Source: Thermoplasmata archaeon (GTDB lineage Archaea > Thermoplasmatota > E2 > JACPAO01 > JAHFTW01). From it: a DNA stretch of 64,000 nt. This document shows, in pieces, positions 37,771 through 47,398 of this stretch. The notes below the pieces were generated by a model that saw only the letters and a list, made by a program, of their open reading frames with translations, searched no databases and was not told the DNA's origin. Location: the NCBI GenBank assembly GCA_034667725.1, contig JAXDQS010000003.1:384001-448000 (forward strand), written 5' to 3'. How positions within the stretch are numbered: position 1 is the stretch's first letter; each line of letters opens with the position of its first letter. The position numbers were made by a program, and so were the translations under genes.

Positions 37771-38706
37771 CTACATCTTCTCGTTGTTGTCCGCGGGGTT
37801 GTACAGCATCGTGATCGGGCTGATGCACTGGGGGTCGGCCGCGTCAATCAGTCCGTCCTGGTCGTTGTTGTCGATGCCGTCGCTGCACTCCGGCTCCTCG
37901 CTGGTGTCGTCGTAGCTGCTGCAGCCGGAGTCGTCGAAGTCGATGGTGGTGTCGGCGTCGGCGTTGTCGACCTTGTCGTCGCACTGGGGCGGCGTGCAGC
38001 CGACCGCGCCGACCTTCATCCAGACGTCGTAGGTGCCGGCAGAGATGCCGGCGCCGATGTTCGGGGTGAAGGGGTCCGCGCTGACCCAGTTGCCGATGAA
38101 CACCACGATCTGGCCGGCGTTCCACGGGTTGGGCGCCATGCCGGGAATGGCCGGCATCATGCAGAAGTTGGCGCGCTCGGCGTCCGTCGGGTCAAGGCCG
38201 CAATCCTTGTCGTCCTTGGACTTCTCGGGGTCCGAGCAGGCGGCGGTGGCGACCTGGGCCTGGTTGGAGTAGTCGCTGCGCAGCTGGTCGTCGTTGTCGT
38301 TGACGTTGGTGCAGATGCTGTCGAAGTCGCGGTCGTTGCAAGTGGTCATCTCGAAGCCGGTGACGAACTGGCCCGTGGTCCACTCCGCCCAGACGCTCAC
38401 CGCGACGTTGACCGGCAGGGCCGGCAGCGCGTTGCCAGGGAAGATGGCGGCGCCCGGGTTGGCCGTGCCGGCCGTGAAGCACGGGAAGGGCAGCGGGAGC
38501 GCGGGGTCGGTGCAGACGCCGGCGCCAACGCCGATGACGGGCTTGACAGTCACGCTGCCGGGGCCGAGCACGGTCAGACACTCGATCTTGTCGCCGTCCG
38601 CGTTGGTGTTGTCTTCAGCCCCACAGTTGACGTCGTAGGGCGCGCCCTGGACCGCAAGGGTGGCCGAGGCGAACATGGCCGCCAAAAGCACGTATGTCAG
38701 TTTCAT
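37771..38706 (-). CDS. secreted Cys/Asp-rich protein with CxDGxDND..G.ID..DxxC repeats
   Basis: signal peptide MKLTYVLLAAMFASATLAVQG; QCDDKVDNADAD; ECSDGIDNNDQDGLIDAADPQC. Confidence 0.8.
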   Translation of the reverse strand: MKLTYVLLAAMFASATLAVQGAPYDVNCGAEDNTNADGDKIECLTVLGPGSVTVKPVIGVGAGVCTDPALPLPFPCFTAGTANPGAAIFPGNALPALPVNVAVSVWAEWTTGQFVTGFEMTTCNDRDFDSICTNVNDNDDQLRSDYSNQAQVATAACSDPEKSKDDKDCGLDPTDAERANFCMMPAIPGMAPNPWNAGQIVVFIGNWVSADPFTPNIGAGISAGTYDVWMKVGAVGCTPPQCDDKVDNADADTTIDFDDSGCSSYDDTSEEPECSDGIDNNDQDGLIDAADPQCISPITMLYNPADNNEKM

Positions 38707-38807
38707 TTTGTGTCAATCCTGCGGGACCTTGCCCGCGTTTCCCCGCGAAACGTGTGTCCGACATAAGCCCGTTTACCCAGCCGTTCCTCATGGGGAACGA
38801 CCTGGGT

Positions 38808-39470
38808 TCACAAGAGGACGCGTAGCCCCAGTTCGGTCGTTGACCCGTTCGTGGCCGAAGTGGCCTCGCCCGCCACCACGCTTTCCTCCGCCTCGCGCGG
38901 CAGGTCGCCGAGCGCCTCGAGCAGGCTGCTTGCGAGCACGGTGCGGCGCAGGCCGCCCTCGGACTCGACGGTCAGGAGGTCCATGTCGGCCAGCTGGCGC
39001 AGGTGCCAGCGGACGGCGCGCGGCGTGATGCCGACCTCGCGGCTGACGGCGCGCCAGCTCAGGTCCGGCTGCCGCACCAGCATCCCGAGGATGCGGCGGC
39101 GGGTGTCGCCCTGGATGCTGCTGACGGCGCGGTGGACGGTGGCGGGGCCGGCGCCGCGCGGGAAGAAGTGGACCTTGCGGCCCTCGGGGTGGGCGGCGAC
39201 CAGGCGGCCGCGCACCAGGCGCTGGAGATGGTACTTGACGTTGTCCCGGCCAAGCCCCGTGAGGCGGCCGAGCTCGGTCTCGCACAGGCCCCACTGCTGC
39301 TGGATGAGGTCGAACAGCGCCCGCCGGGTGGGGTGGGCCAGCAGGGCCGCGGCCTCGGGGTCCCGGATGGCGTCGCGCAACTCGTTGGATGGCTGGGGCG
39401 CCCGGTCGCCTTCCGTCCTAGGAGCGGGCGGATCACGGAAGCCTGCCGTCCAAGGGGAGGCGTGCGTCAC
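38808..39470 (-). CDS. soluble double winged-HTH transcriptional regulator (COG3398/ArsR-like)
   Basis: HPTRRALF..ELGRL..VKYHLQRL; second RRRIL..VRWHLRQL; GTG start inferred. Confidence 0.85.
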   Translation of the reverse strand: MTHASPWTAGFRDPPAPRTEGDRAPQPSNELRDAIRDPEAAALLAHPTRRALFDLIQQQWGLCETELGRLTGLGRDNVKYHLQRLVRGRLVAAHPEGRKVHFFPRGAGPATVHRAVSSIQGDTRRRILGMLVRQPDLSWRAVSREVGITPRAVRWHLRQLADMDLLTVESEGGLRRTVLASSLLEALGDLPREAEESVVAGEATSATNGSTTELGLRVLL

Positions 39471-39502
39471 AGCGCGCGCATTTGGATGGTGACTCAAAGG
39501 GA

Positions 39503-39526
39503 GATTGGGCCATTTTGTTAGCCAAT
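39503..39526. promoter_or_regulatory. candidate operator GATTGGGCCA-N6-TAGCCAAT, copy A
   Basis: 18/24 identical to 42928-42951; ATTGG-N13-CCAAT dyad; 32 nt upstream of inferred start 39470. Confidence 0.6.
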
Positions 39527-39555
39527 CGACGCAAAGCGCGGTTTTGGGGCGCCGG

Positions 39556-42500
39556 CTATGCGGATGCCGCGGCCGGATAGATCTGCTTGACCAGCCCACG
39601 GCGCTCGCCACGGACCAAGCCGGCCTTCTCCATGCGGCGGATGTGGTAGTGCAGGCCCTTGCTGGAGACGCCCAGCGCCCGCGCCATCGAGGTGGCGTCC
39701 TGGCCGGGATGCTGCTGCACCCGCTCCAGGATCTGCTGCGCCAGCGGCGCCCGCAGCACCCGTGACTCGGCCAGCTGCGCCCGCGGGTAGCCCTTCGGGT
39801 AGTAGCAGGTGTAGCCCTGCACCTCCGAGGACTGCAGCACGCCGTGGCCCAAGAGCACGCCGAGGTGGTAGGTCACGACGCGGCGGGAACGGCCGGCGCG
39901 GCGGGCCAGTTCGCGCTGGTGGATGCCCGGGAGGGCGAAGACGAGGGCGGAGATTTGCGCGCGCACCGGGTGGTCGAGCGCGTCGCGGCCGGTGAGGCGG
40001 CTGAACTGGTACAGCAGCGCCGGCACCAAGCGCTTGCGCCAGCGGAACAGCCAGGCCAGGCCTGCGACCGCCACGGCGGCGGCCACCCAGCCCCAGGCCG
40101 AGGAGCCTCCGCCGGAGTCCGCGCTCAAGGCGGCGGCCGGGCGGGGCGCAAGGCGCGACCGGTCGCCGGCCAAGAGGCCGGCGCAGGCGTCGCCCGCGCC
40201 CGCGGCGTCGCTGTCGAGCTGGTCCGGGTTGGGGACGGTCGGGCAGTTGTCGAGGTAGAGCGCCGCGCCCTTGTCCGCGACCGTGTCGCCGTCCATGTCG
40301 GCGTCGCAGGCGTCGCCCGCCCCGTCGCGGTCGAGGTCCTCCTGGCTGGCGTTGGCGTCGAACACGCAGTTGTCGGCCAGGTCCTGGATGCCGTCGCGGT
40401 CGGTGTCGCGGCCGCCGGTGCCAGGCCGGGGCACGAAGGGCTGGTCGGCAACGTAGGGGACCGTGTCCTCGCAGGCGTCGCCCACGCCGTCCTGGTCGAG
40501 GTCGGCCTGGTCGAGGTTGGGCGTGCCAGGGCAGTTGTCGGCGGCGTCCTGGACGCCGTCGCGGTCGACGTCGGAGTCGAGGCCGCGCACGTTGACGCGC
40601 ATCGACTCGCGGTCGTAGGCGAAGCCGTCGAACGCCTCGAAGGTGAGGGTGTGGACGCCGGTGTCCCAGCCCTGCGTGACGAAGGTGTAGCTGCCGGTGG
40701 CGAAGTTGATGCCGGGCGAGGTCACGAGCGCGCCGTCGGGCTTGCCCACCACGACGCGGACGTCGAGGGTGGGGCCGTCGGAGTCCGTGGCGGCAAGCGG
40801 GATGGCGATGCTCTGGCCCGGGGTCGTGTAGATGTCCTTGAGGGTGGCGAGGTCGGGGACGCAGTTGGGGTCGCCCGGCGCCGGGTACTCGACGGTGGCC
40901 GCGGTGCTTCGGCCGTCGTCATCGTAGGCCGTCAGCGTGACCGTGACGGGGTCGGAGGTGGCGAACTGGTGGATGGCGGGGTTGCCGTCCGCGCCGTCGC
41001 CGTCGCCGAAGTCCCAAGTGAAGGTGAGCGGGGCGCCGCCGTCGGGATCGTAGGAGAGGTCGGCGAAGAAGTGGACCCGGTTGTCGACGCAGTCGGCGCC
41101 GCCGCCGCCCAGCCGGATGACGGCCACGGGGGGGACGTCGCACTCGATGACGCGCACCGGCTTGCTGACGGAGTCCCGCGCGCCGGCGTCGTCCCACACC
41201 GTGAGCTTCACCGTGTAGGTGCCGGGGAGGGCGAAGACATGGGACGCGGTTGCGGACCAAGGGTCGTAGGTGGTCGTGAGGGAGTCGCCCCACTCCCAGA
41301 GGCTCTTGTCCAAGGCGCCGACGCCCGGGGTGGAGAAGTCGTTGAACGAGCGGGCCTTGCGGGCGCACGCGACGGTCGGGTCCCAGCCGGGGGGCGTGTA
41401 GGGGCCGCGCGGGCCGGTGGGCGCCGAGCCGGTGGTGGGCGCGAAGTCGGCCACGGGCACCGGCGGGAACGAGCCCGAGGCGCTGTACCACATGCGGTTC
41501 TCGTTGCTCGACTCGACCATGATGCTCGCGAACACGTTGGAGTCGGAGACGATGCGATGCTGACCCGGCGTCACGGACAGCATCTGGCAAGCGTAGCCGC
41601 TGCTGCCGACAGGGGAACCGAGCGAGAACGGCACGCCGTCCATGTTGGCCACGGCGCCGGCGGGGCCGACGACGTAGACCGCGCGGCCGGTCCAGTCATG
41701 GTCGGGGACCCAGAAGTCAAGTTGCGGGGCCCAGCGGGTGGTGGGGCGCGGCACCAGGATGGCGGGGTCGCCGAGGACGGTGGCGGTCTGCTCGGCGGCC
41801 ACGACGGAGACGGCCACGTCCTGGGTGGCGTTGAGGTGCATGTTGGTGCCGAGGTCGAACTGATACCAAGAGCCGACGCCGGAGAGCTGGACGCCAGTGG
41901 GCGTGATGGTGAAGCCCTTGCCGGTGGCGTAGTAGCCGGAGGCGGGCGGGCTGGAGCCGCGGAACATGCTCGGCGACACTGGGACCGGGTCGATGGTGAC
42001 GTCGGTAAGGCCGGGCTTGGTGGCCACGACACGGTAGCTGTTGAAGCTCCCACCGGCGGCGCAGCCAACGTACTCGGTGCCAAGGTGGTGCGCCGGCAAA
42101 GTCGGGTCCTCGAGGTGGTTGCACTGCGAGGCGCCGGCCTTGGCGCAGAGGCTGGAGCCGAACACCGCCACCGGATGGTCGGACTCCAGGATGGAACCGG
42201 TGACGTCGCCCATCGCGTCCAGCCGGCGCGACTCGTAGGGGCCGAGCGTGAACGTGGTGGGGACGTCCTTGGCCATGGCCGGGAAGGTGGGGTCCGCGGG
42301 GGAGAAGCTGAAGCCGCTGCGGTAGACGCCATAGTCGATGTTGGCCGCCGGCGTGAGGGTCACGGTGGCGCCGTCGGCGGTGGCCACAACAGACAACGTG
42401 TTGGCGCCCTTCTCCTCGTAGTGGGCCAGGAAGTGGCTGTAGCCGAGGGCGCTCGTGGGCAGCAGGGTGCTGGCCTCGGCGACGGCGCTGCGGCCGCGGA

Positions 42501-42897
42501 TTGCGGCGAACTGGGAGACCACGATGTCGTCGCTGGTGCTGGTGAACCAGTGGACGAACAGCGGCGTGTGCAGGCGGCCGCCCGGGAACGAGTTGTCGCC
42601 GTAGGGGCTGACGTAGGTGTACAGCGCCGTGGTCATGGCGGGGACGGTCAGGGTGGCGGCCAGGCCGACCGTGGAGTTGTGGACCTCGACGGTGGCGTCC
42701 ACGGTGCCGATGTTGGAGATGGACCAGGTGGTGGACGGCGGGCCCGCCGCGGCAGTGTTGCCGGGCGAGTAGCTGAACGGCAGCGAAATCCCGATGTGCT
42801 CGGAGGCGGCGTCGGCGGAAGGGGCGCCCACCGCCACCAGCAAGGCCAGCAGGGCGGCGCCAGCTAGTGCCAAGGCTGCGCGGCCAAGACCACTCAT
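39556..42897 (-). CDS. membrane-spanning regulator: IgGFc-binding-like, 2 PKD, TSP3 repeats, TM, double wHTH
   Basis: signal peptide; VVATADGATV..SDHPVAVF..NHLE; WDFGDG; DxDGxxDxxDNC repeats; TM; PGIHQREL..YHL; PGQD..YHIRRM. Confidence 0.9.
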   Translation of the reverse strand: MSGLGRAALALAGAALLALLVAVGAPSADAASEHIGISLPFSYSPGNTAAAGPPSTTWSISNIGTVDATVEVHNSTVGLAATLTVPAMTTALYTYVSPYGDNSFPGGRLHTPLFVHWFTSTSDDIVVSQFAAIRGRSAVAEASTLLPTSALGYSHFLAHYEEKGANTLSVVATADGATVTLTPAANIDYGVYRSGFSFSPADPTFPAMAKDVPTTFTLGPYESRRLDAMGDVTGSILESDHPVAVFGSSLCAKAGASQCNHLEDPTLPAHHLGTEYVGCAAGGSFNSYRVVATKPGLTDVTIDPVPVSPSMFRGSSPPASGYYATGKGFTITPTGVQLSGVGSWYQFDLGTNMHLNATQDVAVSVVAAEQTATVLGDPAILVPRPTTRWAPQLDFWVPDHDWTGRAVYVVGPAGAVANMDGVPFSLGSPVGSSGYACQMLSVTPGQHRIVSDSNVFASIMVESSNENRMWYSASGSFPPVPVADFAPTTGSAPTGPRGPYTPPGWDPTVACARKARSFNDFSTPGVGALDKSLWEWGDSLTTTYDPWSATASHVFALPGTYTVKLTVWDDAGARDSVSKPVRVIECDVPPVAVIRLGGGGADCVDNRVHFFADLSYDPDGGAPLTFTWDFGDGDGADGNPAIHQFATSDPVTVTLTAYDDDGRSTAATVEYPAPGDPNCVPDLATLKDIYTTPGQSIAIPLAATDSDGPTLDVRVVVGKPDGALVTSPGINFATGSYTFVTQGWDTGVHTLTFEAFDGFAYDRESMRVNVRGLDSDVDRDGVQDAADNCPGTPNLDQADLDQDGVGDACEDTVPYVADQPFVPRPGTGGRDTDRDGIQDLADNCVFDANASQEDLDRDGAGDACDADMDGDTVADKGAALYLDNCPTVPNPDQLDSDAAGAGDACAGLLAGDRSRLAPRPAAALSADSGGGSSAWGWVAAAVAVAGLAWLFRWRKRLVPALLYQFSRLTGRDALDHPVRAQISALVFALPGIHQRELARRAGRSRRVVTYHLGVLLGHGVLQSSEVQGYTCYYPKGYPRAQLAESRVLRAPLAQQILERVQQHPGQDATSMARALGVSSKGLHYHIRRMEKAGLVRGERRGLVKQIYPAAASA

Positions 42898-42927
42898 AGG
42901 GGCACATTGGTGCATGATTCTAAACAC

Positions 42928-42951
42928 GATTGGGCCAGTCCACTAGCCAAT
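42928..42951. promoter_or_regulatory. candidate operator GATTGGGCCA-N6-TAGCCAAT, copy B
   Basis: 30 nt upstream of ATG 42897, just upstream of a minus-strand TTTAGA TATA-like box. Confidence 0.6.
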
Positions 42952-43100
42952 TTGGGTCAAAACGATAGCCAAAGTGGGCCCAGGCTTTGTTTTCGGCAAC
43001 GCCGCGCGCGCCTGCGGGACTGCGCCTTCTCCCGGCCTTCCCCGCAATTTCAGCGGTCGGTCCACTCTGGCTTTTATTCGGTGGACCCTTTCGTTTTCCC

Positions 43101-44576
43101 ATGCGGCGACCGTCCCTGCTCCCGCTTCTTGCGCTCGTGGCGCTCGTGGCCGCCGCGCTGCCCCACGCCGCGGCCGAGGGCTACGACGGCGGCGACGGCG
43201 GGCTCCTGGGCGGCCTTGGCGATCTGGACCGCCTGCTGCCCGGCCCCGACGACCCCGGGCCTGAGGTGGCCCCGGTGGAGTTGCCTGCCGTCGAGGAGCC
43301 GCCCCTCGTCGCCGACGCGCTCGAAGCGGTCCGCCTGGTGCGCGACCTGGCGCTCAAGCTCGGCACGCCCATGCCCAAGGTCGACCTCTCGATGCTGACC
43401 GACCTGATCGCCCCGTCCGCGCCGTGCGCCCCGCCCGCCGTTTGCCCGCCCCCGCCGCCCCCGCCGCTGTCGCCGGGCCCCACGGTCTCTGTCGGGCCCG
43501 CGCTGGAGGACGACCCGGAGCCCTCCGTCGTCCCGGGGGCGGCCCGCGAGCGGCCCACGCCCGAGGAACCGGCCTGCCGCGACCCGGCCTGCGGCGCCCT
43601 CCCTCTCCTGGGAGCGCTTCTCGCGACGCCTGGCGACGGCCGCGCCGACGCTGCCCAGCCGCCGCACCGCGCCGCCCCGGTGCAGGACCAGGACAAGGAC
43701 GGCATCGGCGACGAAGCCGACAGCTGCCCCGTCGACCCCAATCCGCTCCAGGAAGACCTCGACCGCGACGGCGTGGGCGACGCCTGCGACCCCGACCTGG
43801 ACGGCGACGGCATCGCCGAGGACGGGCCGTTCGGGGACAACTGCCCCACCGTCCCGAACCCGGACCAGCTCGACAGCGACGCCGCGGGCGCGGGCGACGC
43901 CTGCGCCGACGCCGCCCCCGCCCCAAGCCTCAAGGGCCGCGCCCCCGGCCGCCTCGCCGCGGCGCCCGCGTGGGAGTTCCCCTGGTGGCTGCTCGGCGCC
44001 CTCGCCGCCGCCACGGGAGCCGCCGCCGCGTGGACGCACCGCCGCAAGGCCCCCCTGCTGTTCGCCCTGCTGTTCTCCCGCCTCGCCGGCGACGACATCC
44101 CCTCCCAGCCGGCCCGGTCGCGCATCCTCAAGGAGGTCGCCGCCGCGCCCGGCATCCACTTCAACGAGCTCGCGCGCCTGTCCGCCTGCGGCCGCAGCGC
44201 GCTGCGCCACCACTTGCGCGTGCTGCAGCGCTCCGGCCACGTCCGCCTGCGCGCCTCCGGCCGCTACGTCTGCGTGTACCCCGCCGACGTCCAGCCCCGC
44301 CACGCCGAAGGCTTCCTCAAGAGCGCGCTGGCCTGCCGCGTCCAGGCGATCGTCGTGGGCAACCCCGGCATCACCGTCGCCGAGGCCGCCCGCCAGCTCG
44401 GCGTCAAGTACGGCGCCGCCGCCTACCACATGCGGCGCCTCGGCGACGCCGGCGTCGTGCAGTTGCACGGCTGGCCGATTCGGGCGTTCCCCGCGACCAC
44501 CGCGGCAGGCACCGCGGAGGCTGGGGCGCCGCCTGCGTTCGGCGCGGGCACGGCGCGGCCGGGGCTCCAGACCTAG
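43101..44576 (+). CDS. membrane-spanning regulator: Pro-rich linker, TSP3 repeats, TM, double wHTH
   Basis: signal peptide; [10 protein letters not shown]; [11 protein letters not shown]; TM; LFSRL; [11 protein letters not shown]; [11 protein letters not shown]; TTTTAT box about 25 nt upstream. Confidence 0.9.
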   Translation: MRRPSLLPLLALVALVAAALPHAAAEGYDGGDGGLLGGLGDLDRLLPGPDDPGPEVAPVELPAVEEPPLVADALEAVRLVRDLALKLGTPMPKVDLSMLTDLIAPSAPCAPPAVCPPPPPPPLSPGPTVSVGPALEDDPEPSVVPGAARERPTPEEPACRDPACGALPLLGALLATPGDGRADAAQPPHRAAPVQDQDKDGIGDEADSCPVDPNPLQEDLDRDGVGDACDPDLDGDGIAEDGPFGDNCPTVPNPDQLDSDAAGAGDACADAAPAPSLKGRAPGRLAAAPAWEFPWWLLGALAAATGAAAAWTHRRKAPLLFALLFSRLAGDDIPSQPARSRILKEVAAAPGIHFNELARLSACGRSALRHHLRVLQRSGHVRLRASGRYVCVYPADVQPRHAEGFLKSALACRVQAIVVGNPGITVAEAARQLGVKYGAAAYHMRRLGDAGVVQLHGWPIRAFPATTAAGTAEAGAPPAFGAGTARPGLQT

Positions 44577-44904
44577 CGTCCCGCGCATCCTGCCGCCGCG
44601 CGCATGTTCCCATCTTGGAAGGTCGCCGCCGTCAACCTCGCCGGCCCGGGGACGCTTTCGAGCGAGGTGTTCACGCTGGGCGCGGCGATTTGAAAAAGGA
44701 AGGTCCAGCGGGTCCCTCCTTTTTCTTTTTCTCGGATTTGCGTGAGCAGCAGCGGCGACCTGACTTTTTTTTTGGAGCATCCGGGCCAAAGTCCGGGCAA
44801 CCCAGCTTCGCCCAACCGGTTCGCAAGAATGGGTGCTTCAGCCACCTCGTCCACAACCCGGCCCGATGCAGCGTTTGAGCAGATTCCGGAACGTGGCCAC
44901 GAAC

Positions 44905-46935
44905 CTACAAAGGTCCGCAGGTCGGCACGATGCCGCCGTATCCCCCGTTGTTGCCGGGGTTGCCAGGCGGCAGGGAGCCAGAGGAGGCCGTGCCCGCCGA
45001 ACCGCCGGGCGCTCCAGGTGCGCCAGGCGTGGCGGCGCCCGGGGCACCGCCTGCACCACCAGGCGCCCCTGCTCCGGGTGCGCCTCCTGCCAGCAGGCCG
45101 GGGGCGCCGTTGCCGCCATCGCCGCCGTGGCCCGCAAGGCCGCCCCAAGCGATGGCGTCGCCGCCGTTCCCACCCGGGTAGCCGTAGAGTCCTTCGCCGC
45201 CGGGTCCGCCCGTGGCCGCGTTGCCTGCGCCGCCACTGTTTCCTGCGCCCCCGGGGCCGCCGGCGCCGCCGTTGATGCCGCAGGCACCCGTTCCGCCGTT
45301 GCCACCGGAGCCGCCGCGTCCGCCTTGGGCGCTCGCGGAGCCGCCGGCACCCCCTGGGCAGCCTGCACCGCCGCCCCCGCCAAACGCCGGAGAGGCGGGA
45401 GACCCGGGTGTACCATCGGTGCCGGGGTGGCCGGAAGCGCCGCTGGCCGGCGGAGCCCCGTCGGCGCCGTCAAAGCCGTCAAAGCCAGGGTCGCCGTCAC
45501 CATTGCCGCTGCCGCCGGCACCTCCGGCGCCGCACGCAGTCTCGGTCCCCCCGCTGCCGGACGTGTTGTCGCAGTCCGCATCCACCTGGTCCGCCAGGAG
45601 GCTAGATTCGGATGCCGAATAGAGGACAACGGCGCCGCCGTCCCCGCCATCGCCGCCGCGGGCCGAGTTGATGCCGAGCAGGTTGCGAAGGAGGGTGGCG
45701 TGCCCGCCCCTGCCGCCCGCGCCTGAGGCGTAGGTGGACGGGCTGCCGGAAAAGGAGGCTGCTCCGAAGTAGAGGTTTCCGCCTTGGCCGCCGTGGCCAC
45801 CGGTGGCGGGCGCGGCGGCTTCGGTGGCCGCGTCGCCGCCGTCGCCGCCGTCGCCTGAGCGCGTCATGCCGGAGAGCGTGATGCTGCCAGCGGGCGCCAG
45901 GAGCATCAGGAGACCACCGCCTTCGCCGTTGGTGGCGATGGCACCTGAGCTTCCCGACGCGCCCGTGGCGCTTGCCAAGGTGCCGGTGACGCCGACGTTG
46001 CCAGACTTGGAGACCAGGACGAGGTGGGACCCGGGGCGGCTGGTCGTCATGGTGCCGCCGATCAGGATGTCGCCGTCGGCGATGATGCAGGTGTCGCCGT
46101 CAAATTCCGTGGTGTAGCCAGGGGCGAGGGTGTAGCTGGGGTGGCGGTAGGTGCCTGACGGCAACACGGCATGGTGGACGGGCGTCTGGTACCAAGGCGA
46201 GGCCGAGTCGCAGGACAGCGCCCCAGACGGAATCGAAGAGGTCGGAGCGCTGACTGTGTAGGTGTTGACGGCGCCACTGGCAGGCGCTTCCAAGGCGAAC
46301 AGGCTGATGTGGCCCTCGTTGACGGCGTCAAGCCACGCCAGGTCCACCGTCACGGATTCTGCGGGGCCCGTCACGCTGCAATCGGTGCCAGCGACCTGCG
46401 AGAACATCGGAACCGGGGTTCCGTCGCTTGTGAGCTGGAACGTGACGTATTGGCTGCGGGAGTAGGCCGTGACGGAGCCCATGGGGAAGTCGGCGTTGTT
46501 GCAGAATGTAGGGGCCGTGGTGGTCGTGTAGCCGTCGTACTTGCCGTTGGAGATGCCGCTCGGCTGGCAGAAGCCGCCCGCATCGTCGTAGCCAGCGCTC
46601 GCATAGCACAAGCCGCCGCGACCGCCGGAGCCCAACTGGGCGGCGTCTCCGTTGGACTCGCAGACCGTCAAGCCGAGGAGCACATCGCCTTGCCGTAGGC
46701 CCGACACGCTGCCCCCTAGGCACAACAAGTCGACGAGGAAACCGAGGATGGCGTGGAGCGGATCTGCAGCCAGCAGGTCGCAGGCCAGCATCGTTGGGTC
46801 GTCGGCAGGCATGCGGGCGCCGATGGAGTCGGTCCATTGTGCAGCGTCGCTCCCCGTCATGTGGTGGGCAGACGCATCCGAAACCAGGGGCATCAGCAGA
46901 AGACCGGCCAGCAGGGGGACAACCGTTCGCGTCAT
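44905..46935 (-). CDS. secreted protein with Gly-rich (collagen/PGRS-like) C-terminus
   Basis: signal peptide ending ASA; long GGxGGxG and GxP repeats. Confidence 0.8.
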   Translation of the reverse strand: MTRTVVPLLAGLLLMPLVSDASAHHMTGSDAAQWTDSIGARMPADDPTMLACDLLAADPLHAILGFLVDLLCLGGSVSGLRQGDVLLGLTVCESNGDAAQLGSGGRGGLCYASAGYDDAGGFCQPSGISNGKYDGYTTTTAPTFCNNADFPMGSVTAYSRSQYVTFQLTSDGTPVPMFSQVAGTDCSVTGPAESVTVDLAWLDAVNEGHISLFALEAPASGAVNTYTVSAPTSSIPSGALSCDSASPWYQTPVHHAVLPSGTYRHPSYTLAPGYTTEFDGDTCIIADGDILIGGTMTTSRPGSHLVLVSKSGNVGVTGTLASATGASGSSGAIATNGEGGGLLMLLAPAGSITLSGMTRSGDGGDGGDAATEAAAPATGGHGGQGGNLYFGAASFSGSPSTYASGAGGRGGHATLLRNLLGINSARGGDGGDGGAVVLYSASESSLLADQVDADCDNTSGSGGTETACGAGGAGGSGNGDGDPGFDGFDGADGAPPASGASGHPGTDGTPGSPASPAFGGGGGAGCPGGAGGSASAQGGRGGSGGNGGTGACGINGGAGGPGGAGNSGGAGNAATGGPGGEGLYGYPGGNGGDAIAWGGLAGHGGDGGNGAPGLLAGGAPGAGAPGGAGGAPGAATPGAPGAPGGSAGTASSGSLPPGNPGNNGGYGGIVPTCGPL

Positions 46936-47312
46936 GGAACCGCGCGCATCACTCCATGGTCTCGATTAGTCGTTGAGGCCAAAGTGGGTGCAGGGGACAC
47001 CGTCGCTAATCCCATGGTGCGGCTTTTGCCTGATCAGCATCAAGGGCGCCCCAATCGCGTTGCGCCCAACCATGGCACGCCATTGCACCATCCCGGGCAG
47101 CGGCTTCGATGCCACTCCGACCGTCAAGTTCGGCGCCGCTAGCTCAAGCGACGGCCGCATGCTCCTGCAAGCTCGTCGTGCGTCCCGCCATCCCCCGGTG
47201 CGTTCCTTTTAAGAAGCAGCCCCGAGTCGCCGCATCGTCCCTCTTGGGCGCCGGACGGGCCGTTCCATCCCGTCTTCTCCGTGGAGCCGGCGCATCCGAT
47301 GATGGAACGATT

Positions 47313-47398
47313 GCCCAGGTAGTCTAGACCGGTAAGGCGCAAGCCTGGAAAGCTTGTGGGGGGAAACTCCCGCGTGAGTTCAAATCTCACCCTGGGCG
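47313..47398 (+). tRNA. tRNA-Ser (anticodon GGA)
   Basis: GCCCAGG/CCTGGGC acceptor; CAAGC-ctGGAaa-GCTTG; long variable arm; G discriminator; no CCA. Confidence 0.93.

Noticed and set aside
46978-46988. GCCAAAGTGGG shared with 42968-42978 as a second operator
   Set aside because: Only 11 nt, no dyad and no consistent position; could be chance
20720-47398. Integrated elements or prophage at tRNA-Val, tRNA-Gln or tRNA-Ser
   Set aside because: No integrase or viral genes and no duplicated tRNA 3' end (att) seen; the surface-gene block lies on the 5' side of tRNA-Ser
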